Positions 11,582-24,378 of a DNA stretch of 64,000 nucleotides are shown here, piece after piece. The notes beneath the pieces were generated by a model. The model saw only the letters and a program-made list of their open reading frames with translations, was not told where the DNA came from and ran no database searches. Source of the DNA: an uncultured Pseudomonadota bacterium (GTDB taxonomy: Bacteria > Oederibacteriota > Muellerivitia > Muellerivitales > Muellerivitaceae); the NCBI GenBank assembly GCA_963843375.1, contig CAWJKT010000003.1:64001-128000 (forward strand), in the 5' to 3' direction. Made by a program: the position numbers and the translations under genes. The number at the start of each line of letters is the position of its first letter. The stretch's first letter is position 1.

Positions 11582-12148
11582 ATGATTTGTCAAAGATGCC
11601 AGCAACGCCAAGCCACGGTTTTCTTCTCACAAACAATAGGCAATCAAACGACTCAAGCTCACTTGTGCGAGGTATGCGCCCAGGAGCAAACCCAGAGTAA
11701 TGGAGGCATGAGCGCTTTTGCTCTTAACCCCTTTGCGGCTCTTTCGGATTTTCTGAATAACTTCATGAATTGGAATGAGGGTGCCATTACTGAGGTGAAT
11801 TCGGGAAGAGCGGGGTCGGTGGCCGTCGATCCCCAACTTCAATGCCCCTTTTGCGGTTACCAACTTTCAACTTTTCGGCAAAACGGGCGATTGGGGTGTA
11901 CCAAGTGTTATGAATCTTTTAAGGGATCCCTACAGCCCTTGATTTCTAGCATTCACGGTAATGTCCAACATGTGGATGAGACTTCGGATGTGAAGAAACC
12001 CGAAAACCAAATGTCGGGTTCGAGTGAAACTTATTCGAGTCCTGAAATTAAGGTTTTGAGGGAGAAACTGAAACAACTCATTATGAACGAAAAGTTCGAG
12101 GAAGCGGCCCGTTTGAGGGATCAAATCAAAAATCTGGAGAATAACTGA
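11582..12148 (+). CDS. mcsA: McsA, protein arginine kinase activator
   Basis: Four CxxC motifs (CQRC, CEVC, CPFC, CTKC), GRLGC..CY, C-terminal UVR EKFEEAARLRDQIK. Confidence 0.92.
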   Translation: MICQRCQQRQATVFFSQTIGNQTTQAHLCEVCAQEQTQSNGGMSAFALNPFAALSDFLNNFMNWNEGAITEVNSGRAGSVAVDPQLQCPFCGYQLSTFRQNGRLGCTKCYESFKGSLQPLISSIHGNVQHVDETSDVKKPENQMSGSSETYSSPEIKVLREKLKQLIMNEKFEEAARLRDQIKNLENN

Positions 12149-12149
12149 C

Positions 12150-13211
12150 ATGGCTTTCGAGGATTTGTTGGCATGCCAGGATGATTGGTTTTTGAAAAAA
12201 GGGCCTTCTTGCGACGTGGTTGTTTCCAGTCGGGTACGGCTTGCGCGCAACTTGGAAGGCAAAAAATTTCCCCATCATGCCAGTGCTATTGAGCAAAAGC
12301 TGGTGGTGGATGAGGTCCAAGCCGCAGTTGGGACATTATCACAGGCTACCGGCCTCAAATTTGTTCGGTTGAATGAGATTTCATCCCTTGACCGCCAATT
12401 TTTGACCGAACACCAGCTTATTTCCGCTGAACACGCGGCCAGTCTGGGGGAAAGGGCGGTGGCTTTTGATCCCAAGGAAGGATTGAGTTTTCTCATCAAC
12501 GAAGAGGACCACTTGAGGTTGCAGGCCTTTCGGACAGGATTGAACCTGAAGGAAGCGTTCCAGTATTTGTCTCAAATCGACAAAGCGCTCAGCCAAAAGC
12601 TCCAATATGCCAAGGACACGCAATTAGGATATTTGACCGCTTGTCCTACCAACCTGGGAATGGCATTGCGGGCCAGCGTGATGCTCCATCTTCCGGCCTT
12701 GGTTTATACCAACCGGGCGGCCCAAGTTTTTCAGGGGGTAACCCAGGTAGGGTTAACGGTCCGGGGACTTCAAGGGGAAACCACCCAGGTGGCCAGCGCT
12801 TTTTTCCAAATTTCTAACCAATCCTCACTCGGCAAGAGAGGGGCGGAGATCGTTGACCATGTGGATCGAGTCGCGCATCAACTAGTTGAAGTTGAGTTGC
12901 AGACCCAAAAAGCAGTTTTTCAACAGGAAGGGTTAAAGCTTCAGGACCGCATTTGCCGTGCTCTAGGCACCCTTCGCAGCGCGAAAATTATCAGTCTCCA
13001 GGAAGCTTTGGACGGACTTTCAGCTATCCGGGTTGGAGTTGAACAAAAGATTTTAACTGGAATCGACTTGCCAAAACTCAACAGTCTTCTGATCATGATT
13101 CAACCGGCCCACTTGGCTAAGATCGCCGCCCGGGAGTTGAACTCCGAGCAAGAAGCGATGGAAAGAGCCAAGATTTTAGGGACGTATTTGAAGACTGCTG
13201 AAGGCGCCTAA
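12150..13211 (+). CDS. mcsB: protein arginine kinase McsB
   Basis: VVSSRVRLARN, INEEDHLRLQ, GYLTACPTNLG, RASVMLHLPAL, FQISNQ. Confidence 0.93.
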   Translation: MAFEDLLACQDDWFLKKGPSCDVVVSSRVRLARNLEGKKFPHHASAIEQKLVVDEVQAAVGTLSQATGLKFVRLNEISSLDRQFLTEHQLISAEHAASLGERAVAFDPKEGLSFLINEEDHLRLQAFRTGLNLKEAFQYLSQIDKALSQKLQYAKDTQLGYLTACPTNLGMALRASVMLHLPALVYTNRAAQVFQGVTQVGLTVRGLQGETTQVASAFFQISNQSSLGKRGAEIVDHVDRVAHQLVEVELQTQKAVFQQEGLKLQDRICRALGTLRSAKIISLQEALDGLSAIRVGVEQKILTGIDLPKLNSLLIMIQPAHLAKIAARELNSEQEAMERAKILGTYLKTAEGA

Positions 13212-13351
13212 CCCGGTTGAACCCTGACTGTTGAGGTCGGTGGCAAAGCCTTGTAGCCCTTCCTTGTTTCTCAATAATGACTGTAATCATTGATTTATGG
13301 GCCTGATTCAGTTGAAATAGGCCACAGAGCCAATCTCTTAAGGAGAAAGCC

Positions 13352-15804
13352 ATGTTTGAACGCTTTACGGAACGCGCCAAAAAAGTCATTAATCCGCTGG
13401 CGAAAGAAGAAGCCCGCCGGTTAAATCATAATTTTATAGGAACCGAACACCTTTTGCTGGGTCTAATCCGTGAGGGGGGCGGAGTCGCCGTTGCCGTCTT
13501 GGAATCCCTGGGAGTGGACTTGGAATCGGTTCGCATTGAAGTAGAAAACTTGACGACCCCTTCTTCGGATACTTTAACCATTGGGGACCCGCAATTTACG
13601 CCCTCCGCCAAAAAGGTGTTGGAATTGGCTGCTGAGGAATCCCAAAAGCTCGGGCATAACTATATTGGTACCGAACACTTGCTACTGGGTCTGATCCAGG
13701 AAGGTGAAGGGGTAGCCGCCCGCGCCTTGGAAAACCTAGGAGTCACCTATGAGAAATCCCGCGACATGGTCATCAATCTTTTGGGCGGGACCTTCCCGAA
13801 GTTCTCAAAACAGGTTAAAAAATCTAAAACTCCGGCCCTTGATACTTTTGGCCGGGATTTAACACAAATGGCAAAAGACGGGAAATTGGATCCGGTTATC
13901 GGCCGCGAGGATGAGATCGAGCGGGTGATACAAATTCTTTCCCGCCGCACGAAGAACAATCCGGTACTTATAGGGGAACCCGGTGTCGGAAAAACAGCCA
14001 TTGCCGAAGGCTTGGCCCAAAGGATTAAAGAGGGGAATGTTCCAGAGCTTCTCTTGGATAAGCGTATCGTGACCTTGGATTTGGCCGCCTTAGTGGCCGG
14101 GACTAAATATCGCGGAGAGTTTGAAGAACGTTTGAAAGCCGTGATCAATGAAATTCGACAATCGGGAAAAGTTGTTCTATTTCGTGGATGAGCTACATAC
14201 ATTGGTAGGCGCTGGAGCCGCCGAAGGCGCAATTGACGCTTCCAATATGTTAAAGCCAGCCTTGGCCCGGGGGGAATTGCAATGTATTGGAGCCACGACT
14301 CTTAATGAGTATCGAAAATATATTGAGAAGGATGGTGCTCTTGGAACGTCGGTTCCAAATGATCATGGTGGATGAGCCGTCGGTCGACGAAACAATTCAA
14401 ATCATCAAGGGCTTGAGGGACCGCTACGAAGCCCATCACCGGGTGCGCATCACGGATGACGCCATCGTGGCTTCGGCCCAACTTTCCCATCGTTATATCT
14501 CTGGTCGGTTCCTTCCGGATAAAGCTATCGATTTGATCGATGAGGCGGGAAGTCGCACTCGTCTTCGCATTACAACGATGCCTCCCGAAATTCGAACACT
14601 AGATAAAGAAGTTGAAAAGATTAAACAGGAGAAGGAAGAGGCCATTAAGACCCAGGAGTTCGAAAGGGCGGCCGATCTTCGGGACAAAATGAAAAAAATG
14701 CGCCAGAAATTGCAGGAAGAAAAAGAAAAATGGGAAAACATGAAGTCTAAGGAAGAGGCGGTGGTTACTTGGGAAGACATTGCTTATGTCGCTTCTAAGT
14801 GGACGGGTATTCCTATGATCAAATTGGGTGAAAAAGAAAGTGAAAAGCTTTTGCGGATGGAAGAGGAGCTTCACAAGCGAGTGGTGGGGCAGGAGGAAGC
14901 CATCGTAGCTGTTTCCAAGGCTATCCGCCGTAGCCGGGCGGGAATTGGAAATCCCAAAAAGCCCATCGGGAGCTTCATGTTTATGGGCCCGACGGGTGTT
15001 GGAAAAACCGAATTGGCCCGGGCTTTGGCGCAGTTCCTTTTTGACGATGAAGACGCCTTGATCCGTTTTGATATGAGCGAGTATATGGAGAAGTTCAACG
15101 TGTCGCGCCTGGCAGGGGCTCCCCCGGGATATGTGGGTCACGACGAGGGTGGCCAATTGACTGAGAAGGTTCGTCGGAAACCCTATAGCGTGGTTCTTTT
15201 CGATGAGATTGAAAAGGCTCATCCGGAAATTTTTAACGTTATGTTGCAGATCCTAGAGGATGGGCGTTTGACTGATAGTTTGGGACGCGTAGTGGACTTT
15301 CGTAATACGGTTGTCATTATGACAAGCAACCTGGGCGCACGGGAAATGGGGATCGAGAAGAACTTGGGTTTCAACCCGGATGGAGCGGAAATGTCATTTG
15401 GAAGCATGAAATCTAAGATCCAAACCGAATTGAAAAAAGCCTTTAATCCTGAGTTTTTGAATCGGGTAGATGACATTATAGTTTTCCATCCTCTGGAAAA
15501 GTCCCATATCGAAAAGATCGTGGACATACAACTTGAGGACGTTCAAACACGTCTAAAGGATAAGAGCATTACGCTGGCGCTGGAAGCCTCCGCTCGAGAT
15601 TTCTTAATCGAGAAGGGTTATGACAAGGTCTATGGAGCCCGCCAGATGAAACGGACGATCCAAAAGTACGTGGAGGACGCTTTGGCCGAAGAACTATTGC
15701 GCGGAAACATCAAAGAAGGCGCCAGTGTGGTTTTGAAATCGGCTGGCGACAGATTGGATTTTGTTTCCGGCGAGGTCAGGCCCGCGTCTGCCGCTACTGT
15801 TTGA
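13352..15804 (+). CDS. clpC: ATP-dependent Clp protease ATPase ClpC (frameshifts near 14182 and 14341)
   Basis: MFERFTE, two GTEHLLLGL repeats, [11 protein letters not shown] middle domain, [12 protein letters not shown] ClpP-binding loop. Confidence 0.96.
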
Positions 15805-15817
15805 AACGAGGTAGGGC

Positions 15818-18800
15818 ATGATAGCGAAGCCTGAAGCCGATTCCGGCTTCGCAAAGGCCGCTCCGGTTAAGAAGGGTAAGCCGGGAAGATTCCGACGTCT
15901 TCGCTGGATTCTTGCGATATTAGGTCTTCTCACCGGCGCTTTCATATTTTTTCAATATCGTATCGTCGATACTGAACTACGTCCCATTATCGAAAAACAG
16001 CTGGCCCAAGCCGTTCATTCACCTGTTACCATCGGTTCGGTCAGGGCCGGACTTACCGGGAACGTCGTCTTAAACCATGTGTCACTTTCGTCCCTGGAAG
16101 TCCCTGGGAAAGCCGCATAACCGTAGACCAAATATCCGTTAGCGTGGATTTGCTCAGTCTGTTGTTTCACCGCAAGCCACTGGAAAACTGTTTTGAAAGT
16201 CTTTCCTTCATTCGTCCTGACATTGTGCTCGTCAAAAAAGAAACTCTTCCAGGGCTTTCGGCTGCTCAAGGAGTTTCAGTCACCTCCCCAGCGGTAACCG
16301 TTCCTATCCCGGTGTTTCCTGTACCCAAGATTTCAATCCGAGAAGGTTCGTTTTCAATCCAGGCGGAAAAAACACCCCGGGAAGTTCTTCGAGGCTTAAT
16401 TTTAACGCTTCCACCGATAAGGGCGCGATTTGGGGGCTTTCGCTTCTTGCCCATTCTCCTGAAATCGGAAGCCAGGGAATCATCCAATTTGACGGTAGTC
16501 TTCGCTTGGAAGATTTGAGAGTCCGGGGAGTCACGAAATTACATCAGTGGCCCCTTGCCTCAACTGGCTCGACCTTAAAAGATACAACCGGTTGGGAATT
16601 ATCGTCGGGAACGATTGACATGGAATCACCGGTGGTCCTTCCAACCGGGCCGGCCTATTTGGTTTGACGCCAAGGCCGATTTGTCGCAAGCGGTCCTTAA
16701 ATCCCCTGATCCCGTTGGGATCACGTTTGCCCAAATCACCGGACGGGCTCTCATTCGCCCCAACGAGTTGAGTGTCCCGGGTGAAATAAAATTCCAAGTT
16801 GGGGAGACTCTTTGGCGAGCTTCCGGATTCATCCCCTTCGATGGCAGGCCTCTTTCCGTTCATACCTTCAACGGATGAGTTGTTTCTTTCGAGCGTTTTT
16901 GAGGACATTTTGAAATTGAAGGACATGAAAGCCGGTGGAAAAGGTTCTGCCACATTATCGGTAGCCGGAACCTTCTCAAATCCAATTATTGATGGAACGG
17001 CCGAATTAGGCCCTTCCAGTGTGGGGGACTGGCAATTGGATTCCCTTTCCGTGAAGGCCGGTTATGAAAACGGTCAGTTCTTGTTGAAAGAGGCTGAGGG
17101 TAAGCTTTACGAGGGGAGCCTTACGGCCAATGGTTTCTTGGGTTTATCGGGCCAACCCGACGCTCCCGTATCCCTTCATGTAAATTTAAAGGGAGTGGAA
17201 GCTGAAAAAGTGGCATCGACCTTGGGTATGTCCGGATACCACGGAAGGATCGACCAGGAATTTCTTTACAGCGGGCCTCTGTCTAATCCCACATACTCTT
17301 CCAGCGGTCAAATGGACCTAACCCGCACCTTAAGAAATTCCCTTTTCCACTACTCCATTACAAACAATGTCCAAATGAAGGATCAAAAGCTGCAAGTTAC
17401 CGCAAACATCAATGACAAGTCTCGTCTTGACTGCTTATTCGTTGAAAAATCAGAGAATTGGGAACTCCAGAAATTTTCAGTACAGGCTGGGAAAAAGGCT
17501 GTGAAATTGGTTGGAACCGGAATTTTGCCAAAATCGGACGACAAACCAATTCAGATCGAGGTTTCTGGAAAAGATATTTCCTTGGAGGATTTGCCATTTT
17601 TCAACGACCAATTCCAAGACATTACCGGTAAGGTTAATGTCGATGTCAAATTCGGTGGAACTAAAAAAGATCCGGTCGCCACCGCCCATCTTTCATCCGA
17701 GGAAGTTAGCTTGAAAGATTTAGACCCGGAACCTTTGGAAGTTTCCTTAACTTTGAATCCAAATCAGTTGATTTTCGACAAAATGGAAGTAGGGGAAAAC
17801 GGGGAGATTTTTTCAACTACCGGTTACCTGGGTTTTAGCCCCGATGCGCCTCTTGATTTGAAGATAATCGCTAATGGGGTTCCCATCCAAAACATCGCGG
17901 AAATTGGGGGCTGGAATAATCCACCCCAACCATTTGAAGGTTTGGTGACAGGTCACTTGCATATTTCGGGATTGGCCAAAAATCCGATCCTGGAAGGCGA
18001 CGATATCTCGGTTGATGATTTGAAAGTGGGGGATTGGCACGCCGATAAAGTACTGGCTTCATTGGCCCTTGATGAACAAGGAAAGCTCCACTTCAAAAAA
18101 ATAAAGCTGGATCAGGATTCAGGATCCCTGGCTGCTAGCGGAACCTGGGACACGAAGTCCCAACCGGGGATTCTGGCACTTCGTTTTTCCGCGAATGAAT
18201 TCCAGGTGGGGCAGGGGCCCTATCTTTCCGGTGACTTTCTTCTGGATGCCAAAACCACAGGCGATCCTTTCTGGCAAAACTGGGACGGTAATATCACGAC
18301 CGCTTCCATTACTTTGCGGGATTTGAAAAACAAAACTTATCATTTCACCGATTTTTCCATGGCGGCTGTTTTCGCGGATATGGTTCTAACGGGTAAATTA
18401 AAGCTGGGGAAGGCAATAGATGGATCGGCGGTTTTGGACGCATCCGGAACCACCGCTACCGTTCAAGCGGTTTTGAAGATCGTGCCTTCAAAACTTTCGG
18501 AAGTGCCAGAACTTACCCAGTTTTTGCCGGAATCCTTAAAAGTCGCGGGAAATATTTCGGGAGAAGTAAAACTTGAAAAAGGGACCCTGGATGAACTTCC
18601 GCTGGCGGGATCCTTTTTTGTTACGGATGGAAAAATTCAAAAGTACAGTTTTGACCGTATGGAATTCAAATTCAACGGCGGGAAAAAGACGATTTCGTCC
18701 AGCTTCACTCTGGCAAGGGGCTTGGCTACCTATAATCTTTCCGGAAATCTAGCGGGCACTCGCGCCATTTGGGACTCGGATAGCAAGATTGATGTGAATG

Positions 18801-21700
18801 GCCCCTTTGAAAGGGAAAAACTTCAAAATATCCTTGCCTTATTGGGGATTGATACTGAAAAACACAAGGTAGGGGGTGAAGTGAACGGGAACTTGTCGGT
18901 CACCGGGCTTTTAGCCGATCCTGTGGTTGGTTTTTCTATTACGGGGGAAAATTTAAGGTACGACAATAATATTGTCCCTGCCGCCGAATTGCATTTTTCC
19001 GTCGCCAATGGAAAACTCACTTTGGAGAAAAATAAGATTTCCCTATCGAAAGGGGAGGTGGAAATCGATCAGGGAAGCGCCTATCCCGATTCGCAGGACG
19101 CCAGCTTGTGGATAGTGGATTTATCCGGATCTACTAAGGATTTGCCCATAGGCCCGCTATTCAATTTTACCAGCCAAATTCATTTATCCGGACGTTGCGC
19201 GTTGGAATTGAAAGAGAACCGGCCGACTTTTGAGGGGGTACTTTCGGTGCTTGAGACCGGTACGGAAAGCAATAAACCAGTTCCTTTCGATCTGGCCCTG
19301 GATTACCGTCAAAAGGTTATCGATTTTAAGCCGATCGAGAGGACTAACGCCCAGTTGGTAGGGAGTTTGGATTTTTCCCAGGATGATAAGATTATTTTTA
19401 AAAATTTGCATCTAGTGAACACTATTGGTTCATTTTCCGTGAATGGAACCTTGGATTTTAATGGTCCTTGTGAATTGGTTTCGGACGCGAAAGATGTGCC
19501 CATACAAGAAGTTTGGAAATGGGTTTTTCCGAACTTTCCTTTAAGCGGAACAGGCAATTACCATCTTATCTTGAACGGAACCTTAGACGACCCTTTGTTC
19601 ACCACTTCCGTGTCCGTTTCAAATGGCCAAATAGGCGAGTTGAATTTTGACCTACTGGATGGTGAATTGAAATCCCACGACAACACTCTTTATTTCGGCG
19701 AAAAAGACAGCCCCCTCATGCTCAGTCGCAATGGACTTTTTACTTTTACGGTGGGCGGCAAAATGCCATTTGCCCTGACGAAGGCGAGCTGGCAGAAGGT
19801 TCAAAATCATGAAATGAATATAACGGCGAACATGGATCAGGGAGATTTCGGCATTGTGCTCTTAGCGGGGTTCGCAAAACAGGCGTCGGGAAAAATGGAC
19901 TTTTCAGCTCAAATTGGCGGAACCCTCGACAATCCAAATGTCGTCAGTATGGATTTGGATTTAAATAAATGCCGACTGGTTCCTGAGATCGTGGCGCAAT
20001 CCATAGAGGATATCAACGGGCGGATTAAAATTCGTAATAACCACTTGGGCGTGGAAGACTTAAATGGCCGGATTGGACAAGGCCGCGTTTTTATCACCTC
20101 GGATCCTGTGGACAAAAGCAAGATGGTTTTGGAAAATTTTATTCCGCAGTATTTGGACTTTCATGTTCGCACAATCGGAGATCATGGTCTGTGGCTTAGT
20201 ATTCCAACCATCATGAAAAAGGGGGAATGGGGCGAAATTTATTTTTATGGCTCCAGTCCGAATGATGACATGCTCATTCAAGGACCATTGGATGAACCTC
20301 ACGTTATTGGAACGGCTTTCTTGGATACGGGGCATTTCACTTTCCCGCCCGAAGAGGCCCTGGATGAACACGGTCATAAAATTGAGTACAGGGAATTAGC
20401 GGGAGTTTATTTTCAGTTGAAATTGAAATCGGGCAAAAATACATGGTATTCCAATGATTTCGATACCCAATATTTGGAATTAAAAGTCGATCCCGGCGAT
20501 GAAATTTCTATTGAGGGGAAGGATTCAGACCGAACGGCTGACGAACCTGGAATTAAATGTGAGGGCGATGCCGGATCCAAACAAGGGTGGCTCCGCTATT
20601 TGGGACATGAGTTTCAACTGGAGGAGGCAACGATTCATATTCCAAAAGGGAAACCGCCGATCATTAAGGGGCGTGCGACGGACCGCCTCAAAAGCATCGA
20701 GGTTCCGTCGGCCGGAGGAGTTCAAAAGACCGACATGGATATCTGGGTAGATTTTTACGGAACTTTTGGGAAGATCGATTTCAACCTGGATTCAAATCCC
20801 CGATTCAGCATGACGGATAAAGATATACAACAAAAGTTACTCCTCTCTTATATCATGTTTGGCCGAGACATGACCGGTTACACAAGCCAGCAATTACAAC
20901 AGGCTTTTCAGCAAAATAACGGCCAGGTTGTTAGTGACACTCTTCTTCAGACATTTGACCGAATATCCTCAAGCTATGGTACCCAATTATTGCGGCCTCT
21001 AGGACAAGCCATAGGCGGGATTGATATTTCGGTTGAGGGAAATGCCGCTAATGCTTTAGCTGGCAGCAATCCGAATAATTCGGCGGGCACCACCACGGGT
21101 GGAGTGTCCCAAGTAATTCCGGTCAGTCAGGCCAATAATGTGTCGGGAACCACAGTTCCAATAGTTCAAGTTAAGATCATAAAACCGATCAATAATAAGT
21201 TGTCCCTTTTAGCGGTTCCGGGCGTGAATCGAGATTACCTAACGGGAACTCCGGGCCTTCAAGGACAACTTGGCTTGCAATACGATTTTTCCCCCAAATT
21301 GGATCTAAATGCAACCACGGGTACGAATGATATTGGGGAGCCGGAAACGAGAGTGGTATTTGAACTTCACCAAACCTTGCCCGATATGATGGCACCTAAA
21401 AAAGGAGATACGGTTAAGCCCCATTTCGAAAGGACCGACGCATATTCCATTGGAACCGGCAAGTATCAGCTGAACTGGGAAACGGATAAGGTGACACTAA
21501 GTGAGGTGCGGATATGGGACGACAATGGACAAGTGGTCCAAGATATTCCCGAGAGGGGGCAGCACTCATACGACCATCAAATGGTTATTGACAAATTAAA
21601 TCCGAGGGAAAACTATAAGGTAGAAATTCTGGTTAAGGACCTAAATGAAAATGAAAATGAGACTAGCTTAAAAATTTCAGCTACGGAATCGGATGATTAA
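15818..21700 (+). CDS. AsmA-like/TamB-family periplasmic bridge protein, about 1950 aa when reconstructed (several indels in 16090-16870)
   Basis: N-terminal TM anchor and AsmA-like start (IEKQLAQAVHSPVTIGSV). Repeated G-T-L-x-x-P beta-taco repeats. DUF490-like C-terminal region. Directly upstream of bamA. Confidence 0.8.
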
Positions 21701-21845
21701 CATTTCCAACTGATTGAAATTGATATTTTTGAAATGAAAATAGCCCGTTGACCTCCTCCGAAACGTCTATATATCTAGACAAATGCCACCTTGAAAGTGC
21801 CGGTGAAAAATCTTAATTCATCCGAGGTCTTTGTTTAAGTATTAT

Positions 21846-21874
21846 TTGCCGATTTCCGCGAGGCCTGCTAGAAT
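21846..21874 (+). promoter_or_regulatory. sigma70-like promoter for bamA
   Basis: TTGCCG-N17-TAGAAT with TG extended -10. Confidence 0.55.
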
Positions 21875-21954
21875 GCGCGTCTTTGCAAGGCTTTTGACGG
21901 TATTAAAGACCTGTTAAGAAATGCTTTTCTTAATCCGGAAGTGAAAGGTTTGTT

Positions 21955-24283
21955 TTGCGACGCTTTAAATCAGCTCCGTTCTTTCCTGCTCTTGGCCGGG
22001 TTTTTTTATTTGCTTTTTTACTCTTTTGTCCGGCCTTTCTTCAGGCGCAGGACGATACTGAAACACCCAAAATATCTTCCATTAAAATCGACGGAAATAA
22101 AAACGTCTCCAGCCTGATTATTTATGGTCACCTCCAGGAGAAGGAGGGGGATATCTTCTCCTTGCGTCGTATTCGAATGGACATTCACAATCTCTTTTCC
22201 ATGGGTGACTTTAAGAACGTAAAAGTTGAGGCTTTGCCAGGTGAAAAACCTGGGCAGATTGTCTTGATTTTTAAAGTTGAGGAGAGGCCGATCATCGGCA
22301 AGATGGTTTTCAGGGGAAATAAAAAATGGGAAGCCAAAAAATTTCTACAAGAAATGAAACTAGCCCCCAAGGCGGCTTTCGATCAGGCGAAATTAAGCGA
22401 TGACTTGATGGCGATTAAAAAACTTTATCTGGATGAGGGCTATTCAAATGTTCTGGTCGAATCCCAAGTTAAACCCGGAGCGCAGGATAACACCATCGAC
22501 CTTATCATCGAAATTACAGAAGGATTTCAAATCAAAGTAGGCGGCGTTGATGTTATCGGCGCTCAAGCCTTCAGTGGTAATAAAGTGGCCGACCAGATGA
22601 AGGAAAATAAAAAAGGTGATAAATACAAACCCGACCTATTAAGTGATGACATGAAAGCCATTGAAGATTTTTACCACGATGAGGGGTATTTAAAGGCGGT
22701 CGTGTTGGACCACGAGGAAAAAGTGAATGAACAAAAGAAAAGGGTTTATCTCACGATCACGGTGAATGAAGGCGTCAAGTACACTTTGGGGGACGTGAAA
22801 ATTACTGGAAACATTCTTTTTGATGACTCGGAGCTTTTAAAGGTTTTTGGGTATAAAAAAGGTGACCTTTTACGAAAAAAAGATCTGGATGAAAGAACCC
22901 GTAACATGAGGTCTATGTACGCGGATCGAGGTTACATCTATTCGAATATCAATCCTGTCATGACCTACGATGACGACCTTAAAAAGGTCGATATTACCTT
23001 TGAGGTTACGGAAGGGCAGGTTGCTTATATCCAGGACATCAAAATCGTGGGGAACTATAAAACTCAGGATTATGTCATCCGCCGGGAACTTGAAATCAAA
23101 GCCGGCGATAAGTTTGAGGCTATCAAAATTAAACGTTCAATACAAAACTTAATGAATCTTGGATTTTTCGAAGAAGTTAACCCAGATGTTGAGCCTGGTG
23201 ATGGACCGGGGAAAGAAATTCTCGTTTTCAAGATTAAGGAAAGAAAAACTGGATCCATTAGCGTGGGTGGCGGGTACAGTTCCGTGGACGGTTTCGTGGG
23301 AAATGTAAAACTGGAGGAAGGAAACCTTTTCGGCAAAGGCCAAAAAGCAACATTGGACATCGAGTTTGGCGCTTCGCGTACAAGCTTTAGTGTTGGGTTT
23401 ACCGAACCCTGGCTTTTTCAATACTCGAACTTCATTCAGCATCAATCTTTTTGATACCACCCGGATTTTCACTACCGCAGTTTTGGATCCGGATGGAACC
23501 AATAACTTTTATACCGAAACCCAAATCGGGGGTACCGTTCAATTAGGCCGGCGATTGAGCCGTTATTGGAGCCTATATGGTTCTTATACCCTGCAAAACG
23601 TCGATATATATAATGTAGACGCCTATTATACGACGATTGGAACCCCGCAATATATCGATGCAACCGACTCGACCACCAGCAGTATTACGCCGCGAATCGT
23701 ATACGACAGCAGGGACAATTATTTCGATACCACGTCGGGCTGGAAACATCAGCTTTCCCTTGAATTCGCGGGAGGACCATTAGGCTTTAACAACAACTTC
23801 ATCAAGGCTATCGAGGACTCCAGCCATTGGGTGCCTTTGCCCGGGGGTTTTACAATCGGAGAACATGTCCGTTTCGGCGCAGGGCAGGGCTACTGGTTCC
23901 CAGGCAAGGGTTATACGGACTTGCCTCTTTATGAGAAGTTTTTTGCCGGAGGAACAGACACCATTCGCGGTTATAACGAACGAAGTGTTGGCCCTATTAC
24001 GGGTGGCAACGCTCTTTTTGTCTCCAACACCGAATTAAAACATCCTATTGTGGGTCCTCTGCGTGGTGTGGTTTTTTGGGATACGGGGAACTGCTGGTCC
24101 AACATTTGGAGCTTGGATGAGTCTCATGTGCAATTTGGAGCTGGAGTTGGAGTACGGTTAACAATCCCCGGAACCATTATGGATATTCGACTCGATTATG
24201 GTTGGCCCATTCATTCCGATTTATCAACGGAGGCCGCGCCACCGGGTGGAGTCCTGCACTTTAACTTGGGGAATCTTTTTTAA
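21955..24283 (+). CDS. bamA: outer membrane protein assembly factor BamA (extra T near 23416)
   Basis: Signal peptide, five POTRA repeats, GGGYSS first strand, FTEPWLF, IRGY loop-6 motif, C-terminal FNLGNLF. Confidence 0.95.
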
Positions 24284-24378
24284 GACAGGTGGATTTTTCC
24301 AATTCCGGTATTGTGTCTTTGTTATATCGAGTGACTTAGAGGTTAAAACCTCAAACTGAAAACAACTATAATACCGCC

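Noticed and set aside
13212..13351. CtsR, CIRCE or Fur box before clpC (AATGA-N6-TCATT)
   Set aside because: No GGTCAAA heptad repeats or TTAGCACTC, and the short inverted repeat has the wrong spacing for a Fur box.
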